DNA from: Tubulanus polymorphus
Lineage: Eukaryota > Animalia > Nemertea
DNA: 64,000 nucleotides
Direction: 5' to 3'
Assembly (NCBI RefSeq): GCF_964204645.1
Contig: NC_134032.1
Coordinates: 12,450,275 to 12,514,274, forward strand
Both the position numbers and the translations under genes were made by a program. The notes below the pieces were generated by a model, which was not told the origin of the DNA, did not search any database, and saw only the letters and a program-made list of their open reading frames with translations. Numbering within the stretch: the first letter of the stretch is position 1; every line of letters starts with the position of its first letter. Below, piece by piece: positions 11,749 through 24,712 of the stretch.

Positions 11749-14700
11749 TTATTTCTGAAATAAAAAATAATTTTTTCACTTTTTCATTCGTCTTTAGTTT
11801 TGAGACCAAATGACTCCTTGTCATAGATAGAAACCTTTATAACTTGAATAATATGTAATTAATTATCTTCAATTCGCATTACATATATATATATCACTCA
11901 TATAGTAATTAGAAATTGTTTCTAATAAATTAGCTTTAGTCTTATTTTCATACGTAAATACGATATCGAAATCTAATCGCTTGCACTACTATGCCTGGAG
12001 AGGGGAAATGTAACAACCGAAAATATTTGCAACAATGAATATGGTGAACCCCGATATACAGCCCTCCCATATACCGCCACCTCCAGGTTTTCTCAATGTA
12101 CGTCTTTTTACAAATCCATTGTAAAACACCCCCGATATAACGCCATACTCTCTATACTGCAACCTCCGCCTACCACCAGGTTTTCTCAATGTACATCTCT
12201 AATCAAATACATAGTAAAACACCCCCAATATACCACTATACTCTCTATACTGCCACCCCTGCCAACCGCCAGGTTTTCTCAATGTACAACTCTTTACAAA
12301 TATATAGTTAAACACCTCCAATATACCGTACCATACTCTATACCGCCAAAATCGTTCTGCACCGATGAGGGCGGTACATCGAGGATTGACTGTATATTTA
12401 CTCATTACGAAATGAGATTTGTACTCGTATTTGCTATTATGATTTCTCAACGATTCGAACGCTCCGCCCGAGATTTACCTTCATAACTCCTCGACCGAAA
12501 TAATCGGCGATCACAGAGAATCCGTCTTGAGACACTTTCAGTTGTTGTTGGAATTGTTCGCCGAGGGATCGACTCTGCTCCTGAGCGCGGATTATGTCGA
12601 CGACTTTACGATTTTCGCCCGTACAAACGATACACTCGTTAGCGTTTTCGGCGTAGTTCTCCAAACATCTGAAAAAGCAAAATTTGTGATTTTTTACAAC
12701 TACCGGTATTGAAGACATTAAATGTCTCAAAACGTCGAACCCGTTAATGACGCCGTAAGTGGCCCTCAGCGGGTTGTGGAACAGAAACCTTGAAACTGCT
12801 AATAATAACCTGTGTGGCCAGGGCTGCTAACCTCTAAAAAATGCTTCAGTAATAAATCAAATTATTTTCATCAACATTTCTTTGAAATATGAAAGAAAAT
12901 GTTCAAATTAATCAGAAATAAACAGTAAGACCTTCAGTAACATGTTTCAGATTTCTGTTTGCATCAAACAAATCAATCAGTATTTTTCATCAAAACATAG
13001 TAACAAAATACTGAAAATCGGGAACAGTTGGCAGCTCTGTGTGGCCCTCGGAGGATTGAGGGGGAAAAGACGCCTTCAACCTGCTATGAATAATACCCTC
13101 AGCAGATCGAGAGTAAAAGATACCTCAAACTTGCTAATAATACCTCGTGTGGATTTCATACCTGTTTTTAAGAGCGGTGCTCAGCGGGTTGAGGAGAAAA
13201 GATACCTCAAACCTGCTAGTAATAGTGGCACTCAGTAGGTTACAGAAATGAACTCTTTCTACTTACTGATGATGGTAGGAATGTTGACACAGGAAATGCA
13301 CGGATGGTAATTCTAAATCGTGTTTACAGACGCAACATTTCGAAACTTGGAATATTTTCGCCGAAGTATTGATCTCTTCGATTTGTTTACGCATTTTCTC
13401 CGTTTCGGTTTTGTATTGTTTGATCAGACGTTCGTCCTCTGATATTTGGTCGTTTTCCAGTTGCATTCGACGCGTGATGTAATCCTAGAAAACAGAAACC
13501 GGAATACAGTCGACTCACTCCTAACGATCACCCGGTCCTGAGAGTGCCTGGTTCGCGGCGCTCTGTATACAGCATGTTCTATGAGCTCTCAAATTGTTTT
13601 TTCAAGAGTTTACTGGGCACAGATGATCAACTTTTAGCGAAAGTTCTAAGGTGCTTCTAGAGAATTGAATTTGCTGCCAGCTTGATAACACGGTGCCAAT
13701 TGTCAAATACAAATATACTCGCAGGTCGACACTGGAGCTGTTACATAATCAGCCTTTGTTTAAAATTGACCAATGAGCCTTGAGAATGAATTGAGTTTGC
13801 GCACATTCCAGCCAGTCAGAAACTGTGTTATTCGCGTGCGCTATATGCAAATATATAATTGTGAATAGGAAGAATCAGCTACATTAGTAGTGTCACTGGT
13901 GAAAGAACTGGACATACGAGTATAGTACAATAACCACACTCAAACGTGGTGGACGGATAATAGGATAAAAACCCACTATATACATAATTATAGAGATCAT
14001 CGTCAGGGGGCGATTTCCACACACCTGACGATGATCTCTAGGGTGAGATCGAAACGTTGTGTATTTTATATGTTTTAGATTTTTTTATTAAATAAATCAT
14101 CGATTTTAAAATTCTTTTAATTTGTATATAGTGGGTTTTTATTCTATTGTACATGATATTAGTAGCTGGGCAGCAAATGTGTTAATAATCTCCCGCCCTT
14201 ATGTACGCTGAACTGACCTTGATAACGGCTAAAGTAGCGGTTGAATTGTTGGCTAGAGTTTGCACGACTAACAGCGGCGGTAACAGATTCTGTTCGTCGA
14301 TGTGAGTCAACACTTCCATGATCTGAGTACGACAGTTATCCTCGCGTTTCGCGAAATACGACAACGCCTGAACCCATAAACTAGGATCGGTCATCCTATG
14401 AATAACAAAAATAATACATCATTCTATTGAATAGAATATCGTGTTATCAGTAACAGGATTTTCAGCGTCTTACAAAGACGTCAGGGAGATATGATATCTC
14501 CAGGTGGCCACTTTTATTTGACATATTTTTTCCCCGATTATCCCCTGATCTTTAACTTGATCTTTTTTTTGAAAATTCCCTGACTTTTCAAGGAAAAGGA
14601 AATTCTCTGACTTTTCCCTGATTTTCAGGTAAGTGGCCATCGTATTAATGGATTGGGAATTTCAACACTACACTGTGAGGGGTGTTTCACGAGGATTCAC

Positions 14701-17700
14701 CAGGTATCGCAAGTAGTCAATTGCCAGGAACACTCGCAAAAAATGGAGCCTAAATCCGAGTATACAGAAATTAACTTGAAACTCTTACCCAAATTTCTTG
14801 CATTTACTGATAATATCGATATACTCGCTGTGTTCCATGTGATATCTCAGAATCTGTGAATATCTGAAACACCACAAAATATTTATTCAAATCTTGAATT
14901 AATCTGTTGAATAGTTTTTGACCAAGAATTCAGTGTTTTTCACTTACAATTTCGCCTTTTCGTACATGAAAAGAATTCCATCTTTGAAGTCGTTCATTTG
15001 GCATAGAACTAGCGCTTGGTTGACGTCGTAACCAGCCTGTCGCCATAAAAAATAGTTGTTAAATTTAAAACTTTTAACATTGAAATTAGCCAAATCATAA
15101 ATTTCACTAGATGATAAAACTTTTTCAATCAGAAATAAATGTCAAGTATCTCAGGAAATCTACAAGTTGTGCGACTGTAGTGTCAAATGATAATGGTAAA
15201 CCTCACTCACTTCTGGATTTTGTAATAAATCTAATAACTTTCGCTCTTTAGTCGTTTTCCTCTGAAACAAAGTCGAAAAAACATCATAATTCATAGATTG
15301 ATAATTCATGATAATTTGGCCACTTTTGACTTGGTTGCTTTTTCCCTGACTAACCCCTGACACGCGTGTTGTTGTTTTTCCTGACTTGCTCTGCTGAGAA
15401 TTCGATCAGTGAACTCAAATACCGGTGAAACTCAAATACCGGTTTCATAAAACAGATGGACACTGTTTGATTTTACCCGCGATCTAACAATCTCAACAAA
15501 TTTCACTGATATTGTCCCGATTTTCTCCTATTTCATAAATCCCTAACTTTTTAAAAGAAAAGAAAACCTCCTGACTATTCCCTGATTTCCACGTTAAGTG
15601 GCCAACCCGATTATTCACAGGGAGTAACCGATGAAAAAATTAATGGACATACGGTACTCACCGATGGGTCTTTCTCATGAGTGATCTCCTGAAGGTAAAG
15701 TTCTATAAGAGTTGTGTAGACTAAACTCGGCGAATTCGGTTGAACCTGAAAACAGTTCCACACGTTTCAAATTTCTGTTTCTCAAGAGTTAATATCTTAA
15801 ATGAACAAATTTCTACGAATGAGCGACTTACTCTGACCATGTGCTCGAGAAATTCTGTCAATCTTTCCGAATTATTCACGAATATATGAATGAACTCGTC
15901 GGCGTACGATTTCTGAACTCTCGCAGTTAGCGACGAATCAATCACTGAAAACATCGGTCAGAAAATTCAGACGCAAAATCGCAGTCTGGTCCGCAAAATA
16001 TCTGAGCAAACTAAGAAGCCGTCTGTACATAGACCGTTGGCCATCTTCGGTTGATAATGATACTGTGGAACCTCGTTACAACGAACTTGGATATGATTCA
16101 GCAGTTATAACAAATATAGAATTTCGCCCCGAGTAAGAAAATTTGATTAATCTCATTCTGGATATAACGAACTATCGGTTATATATATATATATATATAA
16201 CATATTTTCTGGTCCCCAGGGGCCGGTTCCATAGTCACGACTTAAGACCAAAAGTGGTCTGAAAACCTTAAGACTGGTCTTAAGTTGTTAGATTGGCTAT
16301 AGAACTAAGTTTGTCTTAGACCGGTCTTAAGTCTATGCTCTGTCTATGGAACCGGCCCCTGAAGTAACGAGGTTCCACTGTATGATGATGATGATGATAT
16401 GATATTAACTTGTTTTTCTAGAATAATTGTTTTGAGAAATGAAACATTAACGAACCCATTCCCAGTGCAGAGTGCAAGCTGGTTTCATCGACAATGGGTT
16501 CTGAAAATTTGAAACCCTGATTTAATACAAAATTGCCGTGGCAAATTCATTAATCATCAAGGTCAAGGAGGAGCAACATTTTCCGGCTAGACGACGTGCA
16601 TATCGATGGGACAACTCTGATCAAAATTCAGTTCATTTTCAATCAACTTTCATCAAGCTTTTTAACTTTCCTTTGATAGAAATCAGATAAATCATGCTTC
16701 AGTCTCGATAAATTCCGAATGATCTTCAGGGTTCACATAAAGTCTATTCACCATTCATAGAATTGGTGCAATTAAGAATAGATTTTAACTGAATCTGAGA
16801 AGAAATCTGGCATCTGAGTGCCGGCTAGTGACACCTGGTGAATCAAATCTGAAACTTCAATTGCCACAGTCAAAGAAAGAGCCCTCATTAGAAGTATGAC
16901 AGCTAATGGCGAATATATCAAATCTATTAGATAGTTTACTACACTTACTATTCGAAGGTCTATAATCAGTGCAGAGTCGTTTCAGTAATTCTGTAGTTTG
17001 TATCGGTACCTCACTCATCAGAACTTTACCGTAGGTTTTCAAATTATGTTCAGCCTGTGAAAAAATACAGTAGACTACGTCTCTTATTGCGCTTAAGTTG
17101 AAACTGGTTAAAAAAAACTGAGTAAGAGTTTGTGAAATACGATAGTAGACTCTGTCTCTTATTGCGGCTGAGACTGGTAAAATACTACCCACACATGGTG
17201 TTGAATACTGACTGAGAGTTTGTGAAATACAGTAGACCCAGTCTCTTACTGCGGCAAAGTTGAGACTGGTAAAATCCTACCCCGACTTGGTGTTAAATAC
17301 TGACTGAGAGTTTGTGAAATACAGTAGACCCAGTCTCTTACTGCAGCAAAGTTGAGTCTGGTAAAATTCTAACCCAGGTTGGTGTTGAATACTGAGTAAG
17401 AGTTTGGAAATACAGTAGACTCGGTCTCTTTCTGCGGTTGAGACTGGTAAAATCCTACCCAGACTCGGCATTAAACATCGAGTAAGAGTTTATGAAAACG
17501 TATCTCACCTGATCGAACTCTAATTTTCCAATGTACTCTAGGGCCGCTTTATAATCTTTGATGTCCTCGAGTTGTATTTTCAAATACCAGTCGTGTTGCT
17601 GGTGTGTTTCCGCCAGATAGAGGGCGTGTTCGTAGTAACCTGCTTGGCGACAAACTTTAATCGCGGTTTCCACGTCGAAATCAACCTCGCGATCTTTCGT

Positions 17701-20700
17701 CTGAAAATTGAAAAAGATTCTGTACAATTTTTGTAAATCTGGCAAATGAGGATTCATTAGTGTGCAGTAGATCAACTACTGTAGCAATAGGGGATTCAAA
17801 TTGTGGCAAGTGAGGATCCACCAGCTGTCACTAGCGTGCAGTAGGACATCAACTAATGTTCGAATAGAGGATTCTACTAGGCAAGGAATTGATGCGTACC
17901 TTGATAAAAGCGTCGAGTTTAGAATCATCTTTCAGTTTAGTGTAACAGTTCAACAGTAACGTAGTGTGGTCTTCAGTCGCTAACATTGCCTTGTGTAACG
18001 CCTGCAGATAGGCCGTCAAATTGTGGATCCTCTGAGCATCTAAAAACTAGAGAAAGGAGAACAAAAATTTTACCTCAGAAAATTTGAAACTCGACTGTGA
18101 ACAATACGCTTTATGCGTGTATCAATCTTGATCCTCTTTCACACATTTGATACTTTATCACTATTATGATTCTAATATTTGATCATTTAGACTTCGCATG
18201 TGTACGAGAGTCAGCGACAACGTTTATTTGGAAGATGACTACAAACGCCAGACATTTGACATTTTATGAGCGTTCTTTCAAAAAGTGATCGTCCACAGAC
18301 ATTTTCAATTGAGAATGAACGAACAGCAAACGCCGGACATTAGACAATTTATCAGCCAATTTTCAAATATTGATCATCCACACACTTCACACCATAAGGG
18401 CTGTTCCAGACTGTAGATCAATACCTGCTTTATACAATACAAATTATTTTTATAATAATTATGTTTACTCACCTTCCTGATGACGTAAGAAGCCTCTAAT
18501 TTGCCAATTGTTTTGATATATTCGCTGATCGCGCCGTCGTGATCGCCTTTACTGTATAAATGATCACCATATTGTCGGAATATATCGATCAAACCGTCCT
18601 GATCATACTGCTGTCGTTTGGCCAAACTAAACACACGTAAACAAACATCACCGTTTAAAAATTGACGTAAATTATAAAATCAGAATGTTAAAATGGAGCT
18701 TACAAAATTTTTCTTAGAACATTTCTTTTTTTAAAACAAAATCAAGTATTTAACAGTTACTCACTTGATCGCTAACGGGTAAAGATTTTTTCGGAATAAC
18801 ATGTCGAGTTTGGTTTGAGTGTCTTTTTCTTGTAGGTGGTACAACTGAAACGAAAATCAGACATGAGATTATCATCTAGGCGAGCAGATATTCGAGGGAG
18901 GTTGGTTTCCTTAGACAAATGACTAATTCAACTGAAGAAATCGACGATTATGAAGTAAAACTAACGACGGATTTTGTTGTTTCGATTCAAATGCTTCCAG
19001 ATATTCTCAAAACAAGATTTATTTTCTTAAAGTCATATGTGCTGTCTGTAGTAGCTAGAATATAATCACTGAGGAGAAACCTTTCGAGTGGAATTCACTT
19101 GGGGAAAACATTTTCACTTCACAGTGAATTCCAACTTCCCCAAAATCAACTGCTCATTGATTGTATTGCTAGACTACTCTCTAGGAAATCTGTTATGAAA
19201 ATAGCTGATATCAGAACGATAACCACACTCAAACTTGGTGAACGGAAAATAAGATAAAAACCCACTATCTACGAATTAAAAGAATTTAAAAACAAGAATT
19301 TATTTATTCAATCTAAAATATATAGAATACAGGACGAATTATATCTCACCCTAGAAATCATCGTCAGGTGTCGTGTATTCTATATATTTTAGATTGAATA
19401 AATAAATTCTTGTTTTTAAATTCTTTTAATCTGTAGATAGTCGGTTTTTATCTTAACAGCTGATATCATTTGAACCCTGTAGTTTCCTTCGTACAAAGGG
19501 CTTTTTCTTAAAAATGCGGGAGGCTGTTGAGGCGAAACTTTCGAAGCAGACGAACCTTTCTATCGCCCCCGACGACGTAGAGCGAGCCCCATTCGCAGAC
19601 GACGTCGATCACTTCCGGAATCGGCGCCGAATACGCGATAAACTTATTGTTTATATCGTAAACCGTGACTAGATTCAAATCGAAACCTTGAGCGCTGAAA
19701 TCAGATCCAAACAAATTGAAATTAAATTGAATCCGTTACGACAGGACTTTCAGGAAATATTTCATCCATTTCGTTAAAGAATTCTTACTTCGGTCGAGCT
19801 AAAACTTTGTTGTCTTTGCTGACGACGACCAGGTAACCGCGGAACCAGTGCAATTGTAGTTTGTCGCTGTCGAAAGCCAAACACTGACCCCGTTCATCAG
19901 GTTGATAGAAATATACAGCCTAAAATGAACGAATATAGATAAATATGTTTACAAGCAGCGACTAAATTTCTATGATAGAACCTGGGGTCACTCTGACATA
20001 TCTGTGGATGTCATGATTTGGATATTTTCGGAGCCACTCCTATTCTATACATGCGCGATAACTAGATAGTGGTATCCTATGATTGAATTTGAATACAATG
20101 CAAAGAAACATCTGCAACTTTCTAGTTTAAACACAACTGATCAGCTACAAACTAGGTTTGAAGAATATTCACAATGATACAAATGTGACCTAAGAGTGAC
20201 GACTTTCAAATGATCTTAGTTTCACTGAAAAGCTGGATTCACCGTACGATTGATTTTGAAGATATTTGAATTGATGATTTTGTGCAACTGTCTCTATGTT
20301 GCCCCCCCCCCCATAATTAACCGTCTCATTCAAAAACAACTGATTTTATTTGAGAAGATACACAATATCCGTGTATGATGATGATGAGAGAAATCCCACA
20401 ATAACGAAGCCAAGATTGAAAAATTCTATATCAGAATGATTGTATTTGAGGAGCGACGTTTCGGCTAACAACTGTAACCCATCATCAGTACGCCTGATGA
20501 TGGCTAACAGTTGTTAGCCGAAACGTCGCTCCTCAAATACAATCATTCTGATATAGAATTTTTCAACTGATTTTAACACCATCCACTTACGTCGTTTCGA
20601 CCGATGACAAACTGATGATCCAAGGTCACGTCCGTCTGCACCGAGCATTTCATCGCGCAACCGTGACGATCCAATATCGCCTGAAATACAATAAAATCAG

Positions 20701-23000
20701 TCCGAAAATGATGAAGATGGCCCAATGAATCGAATAATCATTTCCATTTGAAAATATTGGTTGAAAACAATTTTCTAAATCACTACCTTCTTGTCTTTGT
20801 CTTTATCTTTCGCGCCAACGGTTATCGCCATAGTTACGTGTTCAGTCGAGAGGAACACGATCGGACTGTTGCCGACCATTCGAATCGCGATTCCAGTGAT
20901 TCGATGTTGACCTTCATGCACCAGACGCTGTTTACTGTGTCTGAAAAATTTAAAATCTTTTAAAATTTCATCAGATTTGCCTTTTTTAGAAAACTTTTTC
21001 CAAATTTTGTTTGTACTGTCTTCAAGATTTCATACGAAAGTCCAATCGAACTTACCGTTCTTTGGTGACATCTCCTTTAAACAATACGACTGATCCATTT
21101 TCGAATCCAACCGCTAAATAGTTTAGATTCTCGTGCACAGAGATGCAAGTAACCTGAGAACGTAACCGAATTCATTAATACAAACATCTGTTATTTCAAG
21201 GGATAAAATGAGGTTATGCTAACTTACCGGAGTTGGATTATTTCCCGGAATCGCTCGAACTATTCTCGAACAAGTTGGAATTCCACTTTTGTCGATCTGA
21301 AAATTCAAGGATAATATAAATTTTATTTTCAGTCATCCTTGTTGGGAGGGGTGAGGTCCTATTTTGATGTTACTACCTTATCGAGGTTCCAAACTTTGAT
21401 CAAAGGGTTTGTCCCTGGTTCATCTTCCTGAAATCAATCAAATTTTTTCAATAAATCAGCAATTCTGCTTAACACTTTCATGCATTTTATTCCACCCAAT
21501 ATCAATCAACCTTCGCTACTGAATCACTCAAAAGTTGATATTGAATCAAGTCTAAAATTGTCTAAAAATGTATGACGTTCCTAAATTGTTTGATTGGTTA
21601 TACCACTAATTGGTCTTGATGTTAAGCCTTCACCGTTGCAGTGTAGGGCTAATTGCACAGTGCACAGTCATGCTTCTAGATTTAAGCCCAGTCATAAGAC
21701 AATCTAAGTTCTATAGCCAATCTTTTAACCCTTTCAGTGCATCTACACCGCAATGTCGTGTATAAATCAGTGATAGATTTTGCTAGTACACCGCACTGTG
21801 GTGTATTGATGAAATGAGTAATTAGCTCTTTTGAAAAATGGCAGCACCTGTCAAACATAGTGAAATATTAGTAACTAACGATACACCGCGCTGCGGTGTA
21901 GACACACTTTAGTGGTATTCCCCGTTATTCAACAAACTAGGGCGGAATTTTCAAAAATTTTCAAATTATCTCCAGCACTTTAGGGTATTAATTAGTCAGC
22001 ACTGAAAGGGTTAAAGACTTATTTCAGGATTTAAAACCACTTTAAAAATTAGCCTAAATCATGAATGTACAACTGGGCTGGGTTTTGAATTTAGACCCAT
22101 TTCACATTATGAAAAGTCATAATATTTCCACAGGTTGTCACTCACCCCGACTGTAACTAGAATGTTATGTTGTTTGAGTTGGAATAAATGCGTGACTCTG
22201 ATGGCGTACGCGGCGAACGACGTCACTTGTAACTGACGGTTAATGAAATACAACTTCCCCTCGCAATCAGCGATGAGAATCTGACCGCGACCACTCGCGC
22301 AGGCGGTCACTATCACCTCCTGAAAATATCAAATCAAAACATTTCTAGGTTAATGGCATAGGCTAGTGTAGCATTCAGGGTTTTTTCCACCTTAAAATAG
22401 GGATTGATCCTGTTATTTTATTTTATTGGTAGATTTTGTTTGATTTGTTGTAGGCCTAACTTGGTGTACGTACAAATCTCTCACACCTGCCGGGAACGAA
22501 ACAGGGGGTTTGCTTTTGAAATATGAAACCTAAGTACAGATTTTTTAGTTTTATGGTAAGGGTAATGAAGGGGTTTAGAAGGCTAGGGGTTAGGTTTCTT
22601 TAAAGGGGTAGGTTTAGGTAAGGGTCTTGGTTGAAAGGTTAGCTTTCTCTTCCATCATCGTGCCGTGTCATTCATTATTCTTATCGACTTACCCGAAGTT
22701 TATCAAAAGGTTCATCTGTTCCAGGGAGTTTGACAACTTCTTTGTCGAAGAAATTAAATCTTTTCCACTGAAAAACGAGTCAATGAACGCTGTCAGTACT
22801 ATTTCGGAGAATTCTTAAACTGAACGGTAGAAGGCTAGACTACACTTTCGGCAACAAATCGAGTTAAATAAACAGTTTAGTCAATTAATTAAAGTTCGCT
22901 GGTTCAAAAATTAATTCTATTTACTCATTCTTGATTTGATGATACTCCAGAAATTATCTGTCAACGAAATAAATTAGCAAAATACCTGAAAAATAGCCAT
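11749..23000 (-). CDS. VPS11: Vacuolar protein sorting-associated protein 11 (HOPS/CORVET core; beta-propeller, CHCR repeats, C-terminal RING), ~907 aa, 25 coding exons
   Basis: Exons: 23000-22986, 22767-22693, 22319-22146, 21427-21377, 21296-21228, 21153-21056, 20940-20787, 20680-20591, 19919-19789, 19694-19556, 18844-18765, 18626-18473, 18046-17900, 17700-17509, 17054-16949, 16500-16456, 15944-15832, 15745-15662, 15261-15211, 15036-14948, 14863-14789, 14395-14218, 13484-13267, 12668-12479, 11754-11749. All are GT-AG and phase-consistent (2724 nt). Motifs: MAIFQWKRFNFF, YGDHLYSKGDHDGAI, FLDAQRIHNLT, RING CCVC..LELPSVHFLCQHSYH..C..CIVC, IADYFGRG. The terminal 6-nt exon is the least certain. 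Confidence 0.96.
12045..12346. repeat. 93-bp minisatellite (~3.3 copies) in last VPS11 intron
   Basis: Marker ggttttctcaatgtac at 12086, 12179, 12272. Confidence 0.9.
12819..13039. mobile_element. hAT-like MITE inserted in a degenerate ~50-bp tandem repeat
   Basis: TIRs cagggctgctaac / gttggcagctctg with flanking direct repeat (tg)tgtggc; surrounding degenerate units gtggccctcagcgggttg...aaactgctaataata. Confidence 0.55.
13930..14146. mobile_element. Penelope-like pseudo-LTR remnant (inverted structure) with minimal hammerhead core
   Basis: Shares tail aaccacactcaaac.tggtg.acgga.aata.gataaaaacccacta with 19214-19457. Has inverted arms and an intact plus-strand HHR motif at 14021-14062. Confidence 0.7.
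14021..14062 (+). ncRNA. Minimal type I hammerhead ribozyme motif
   Basis: Stem I ACAC/GUGU; core CUGACGA plus an extra U; stem II GAUCUC-uagggu-GAGAUC; GAAA; loopless stem III C-G; cleavage triplet GUU. Matches the minimal hammerheads known from Penelope-like elements. Confidence 0.7.
14501..14641. mobile_element. Small TIR element (hAT-like MITE) with internal ttccctga repeats
   Basis: TIR-like ggtggccactt / aagtggccatc; a related decayed copy ends at ~15605. Confidence 0.5.
16063..16380. mobile_element. pogo/Tc1-mariner-type MITE with TA target duplication
   Basis: TA-ctgtggaacctcgttac ... gtaacgaggttccactg-TA; contains an (AT)n run and a nested Harbinger-like MITE. Confidence 0.8.
16220..16358. 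mobile_element. Harbinger-like MITE, family B (nested)
   Basis: TIRs gggccggttccatag / ctatggaaccggccc flanked by CAG/CTG; same family as 30011-30148. Confidence 0.8.
17058..17495. repeat. ~90-bp minisatellite (~5 copies) filling VPS11 intron 14
   Basis: Marker tgtgaaatac at 17131, 17221, 17313; unit includes gtagacccagtctcttactgc...gagactggtaaaat. Confidence 0.9.
19214..19457. mobile_element. Penelope-like inverted pseudo-LTR remnant with 11-bp target duplication
   Basis: Direct repeat agctgatatca at 19203-19213 and 19458-19468; ~85-bp inverted arms; degenerate minus-strand hammerhead core ctgacgatgatttctagggtgagat. Confidence 0.75.
20349..20566. mobile_element. Penelope-like inverted pseudo-LTR remnant (second family), near-perfect 151-bp palindrome
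   Basis: Arms 20416-20488 and 20494-20566 differ at only 2 of 73 positions; flanking direct repeat caactgatttta at 20337-20348 and 20564-20575. Confidence 0.75.
20492..20529 (+). ncRNA. Minimal hammerhead ribozyme motif
   Basis: CUGAUGA-U-GGCUAAC-aguu-GUUAGCC-GAAA-C-GUC; stem I is only 2 bp (truncated at the inversion centre). Confidence 0.6.
21729..22010. mobile_element. piggyBac-type MITE (282 bp)
   Basis: TTAA-ccctttcagtgc ... gcactgaaaggg-TTAA; internal palindromic tacaccgc...gtgta repeats; apparently inserted in an older family-B-like MITE. Confidence 0.85.
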
Positions 23001-23637
23001 CCTCTTTTCCTCTTACTTTTGACAGCGCTCAAAGCGATGCCTTTAGTCTACTGCGCTACTTCACTCCGCGTACTCGAGATTGGCATCATACCTACCGCGC
23101 CTATTCCGCGTACTTTAGTAAGTGAAATTGTTAATCCGAATGCGACACGTCGAGTAGTCCAACCGAATGCGTCCTCGCTTGCCAGGGTTTGATTGCCTCC
23201 GTCCCAATATAGAATAGGGTCCAACCGAGCAATGGAATGGTCCACGCTTGCACCTGATTGGCGAGAAAAAACTGATCAGCATACAAAACCAGAAGTCTCA
23301 TGGAACCATTGGAAAATTCAAAGTTTCACTAACTGGTCGAATTTCCTTCAAAAATTTCTTAAATAAAAGAAATTGCACTTCGAACAATAAGAGAAAAATC
23401 CTTTCGGTGTATAAAGCTTACTTATTTATTTTAGACGTAATACATTTTTAATAAAAGATTTGTCGAATAAGGCCCACTTTCATGAAAATCCCTGTTAAAA
23501 TGAGACTGGGCCTGGGAACACGTGAGGGGTTGGTTACAATGATTTTTAACAAGCACCAACTTAATGAGATTAAAATTAACAAGGCATAGGTTACTAATAT
23601 ACTAGTAACTAATTCAATAGAATCTTGCATTTATGAT

Positions 23638-23743
23638 GATGGATGCCTCCTAAATCCCCCTATGACATCAACAAATTTGATCTAAAGATCAAATCACTAG
23701 TAAGCAATTTGATGATGTCATAAGACGGATTTCTAGGTATCAT
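23638..23743. repeat. Imperfect palindromic element
   Basis: tatgacatca ... tgatgtcata inverted arms with outer gatg..cct / agg..catc arms and an inner tttgatct-aa-agatcaaa hairpin. Confidence 0.5.
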
Positions 23744-24712
23744 CTTTCACAGAAGAATCTACAAGCTAACATACTTTTCCATTATCATATTCGGGTCTTA
23801 AAAGAGACTAGAGACGTTATGACTTTCTACACGATCATTCAGTATAAAAATTTCAAAACAAAAACATAAAAGACATCATTTAACACACTGATAGCACCAA
23901 TACCATTGACTGCCAGCTGGGTGGGGTTTATACTGTCCCTTTCGGACAAGTGGCCAATTTTCTCACTGCCGCCTTTCTCCTCGTGAAAAAATAACCAATA
24001 ACCCCTCACATTCTAAACCACATTTGGTCGAATTGATTTCTTCCAAATTTTATCTTCTGACACCGAAGTGAGGCAGTGTTTACTGCACAACCAGAGTGCG
24101 AGGTAGCCGAAGTCTGTGGTAGAATTTTTTCAGTGTCCGTTAATCTCTTTTGAGTGTCACAAGTATCGATTGCATTTTTCACTCGAGTATTTTTCTTTTT
24201 TGGTTCAAACGCTGGTTGTTCGCAGTGAACTGTAAATACAGAATTCAGAAATAAGCATTACCGGTAGTTATCACCCTGCACTCCACTATTTTTCGCTAAT
24301 GACCTTTTCACTCGAATGAATTTAGTCAGATAACTTTTCTCCACCTGTAAATACCCCTCATTTTAGTTTTGCTGTATTTTTCAATCTTTATAAATTGATA
24401 TCGATTTCAATCTTCTAAATACGTAAGATCTATGTTGATCGTAAAAAACTTAGTCATTTCAGAAGGTGAAATGGTCTTTTATCCAAACCACCCAAAATAA
24501 TTCTAAGAAACAGAAGTAATAGTAAATGTACAGAAGTTAGTTAGTTATTATGTACAGTAACAGTTCTTTATAATGGCACTATTGGGACCAATGAAAAATG
24601 ATGGTATTAAAGAATTTAGCATTAGCGTTATATAGAAAGGTATTTTCAATGAATCTGAGTTGGATTGAATGAATTAGTTTTCTAAACGTTTGCGTTGAGT
24701 GAGCACAGGTAT

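Noticed and set aside
23048-23245. ncRNA or small ORF just upstream of VPS11
   Set aside because: No recognisable RNA family motif; position, CpG content and CCAAT boxes fit a promoter.
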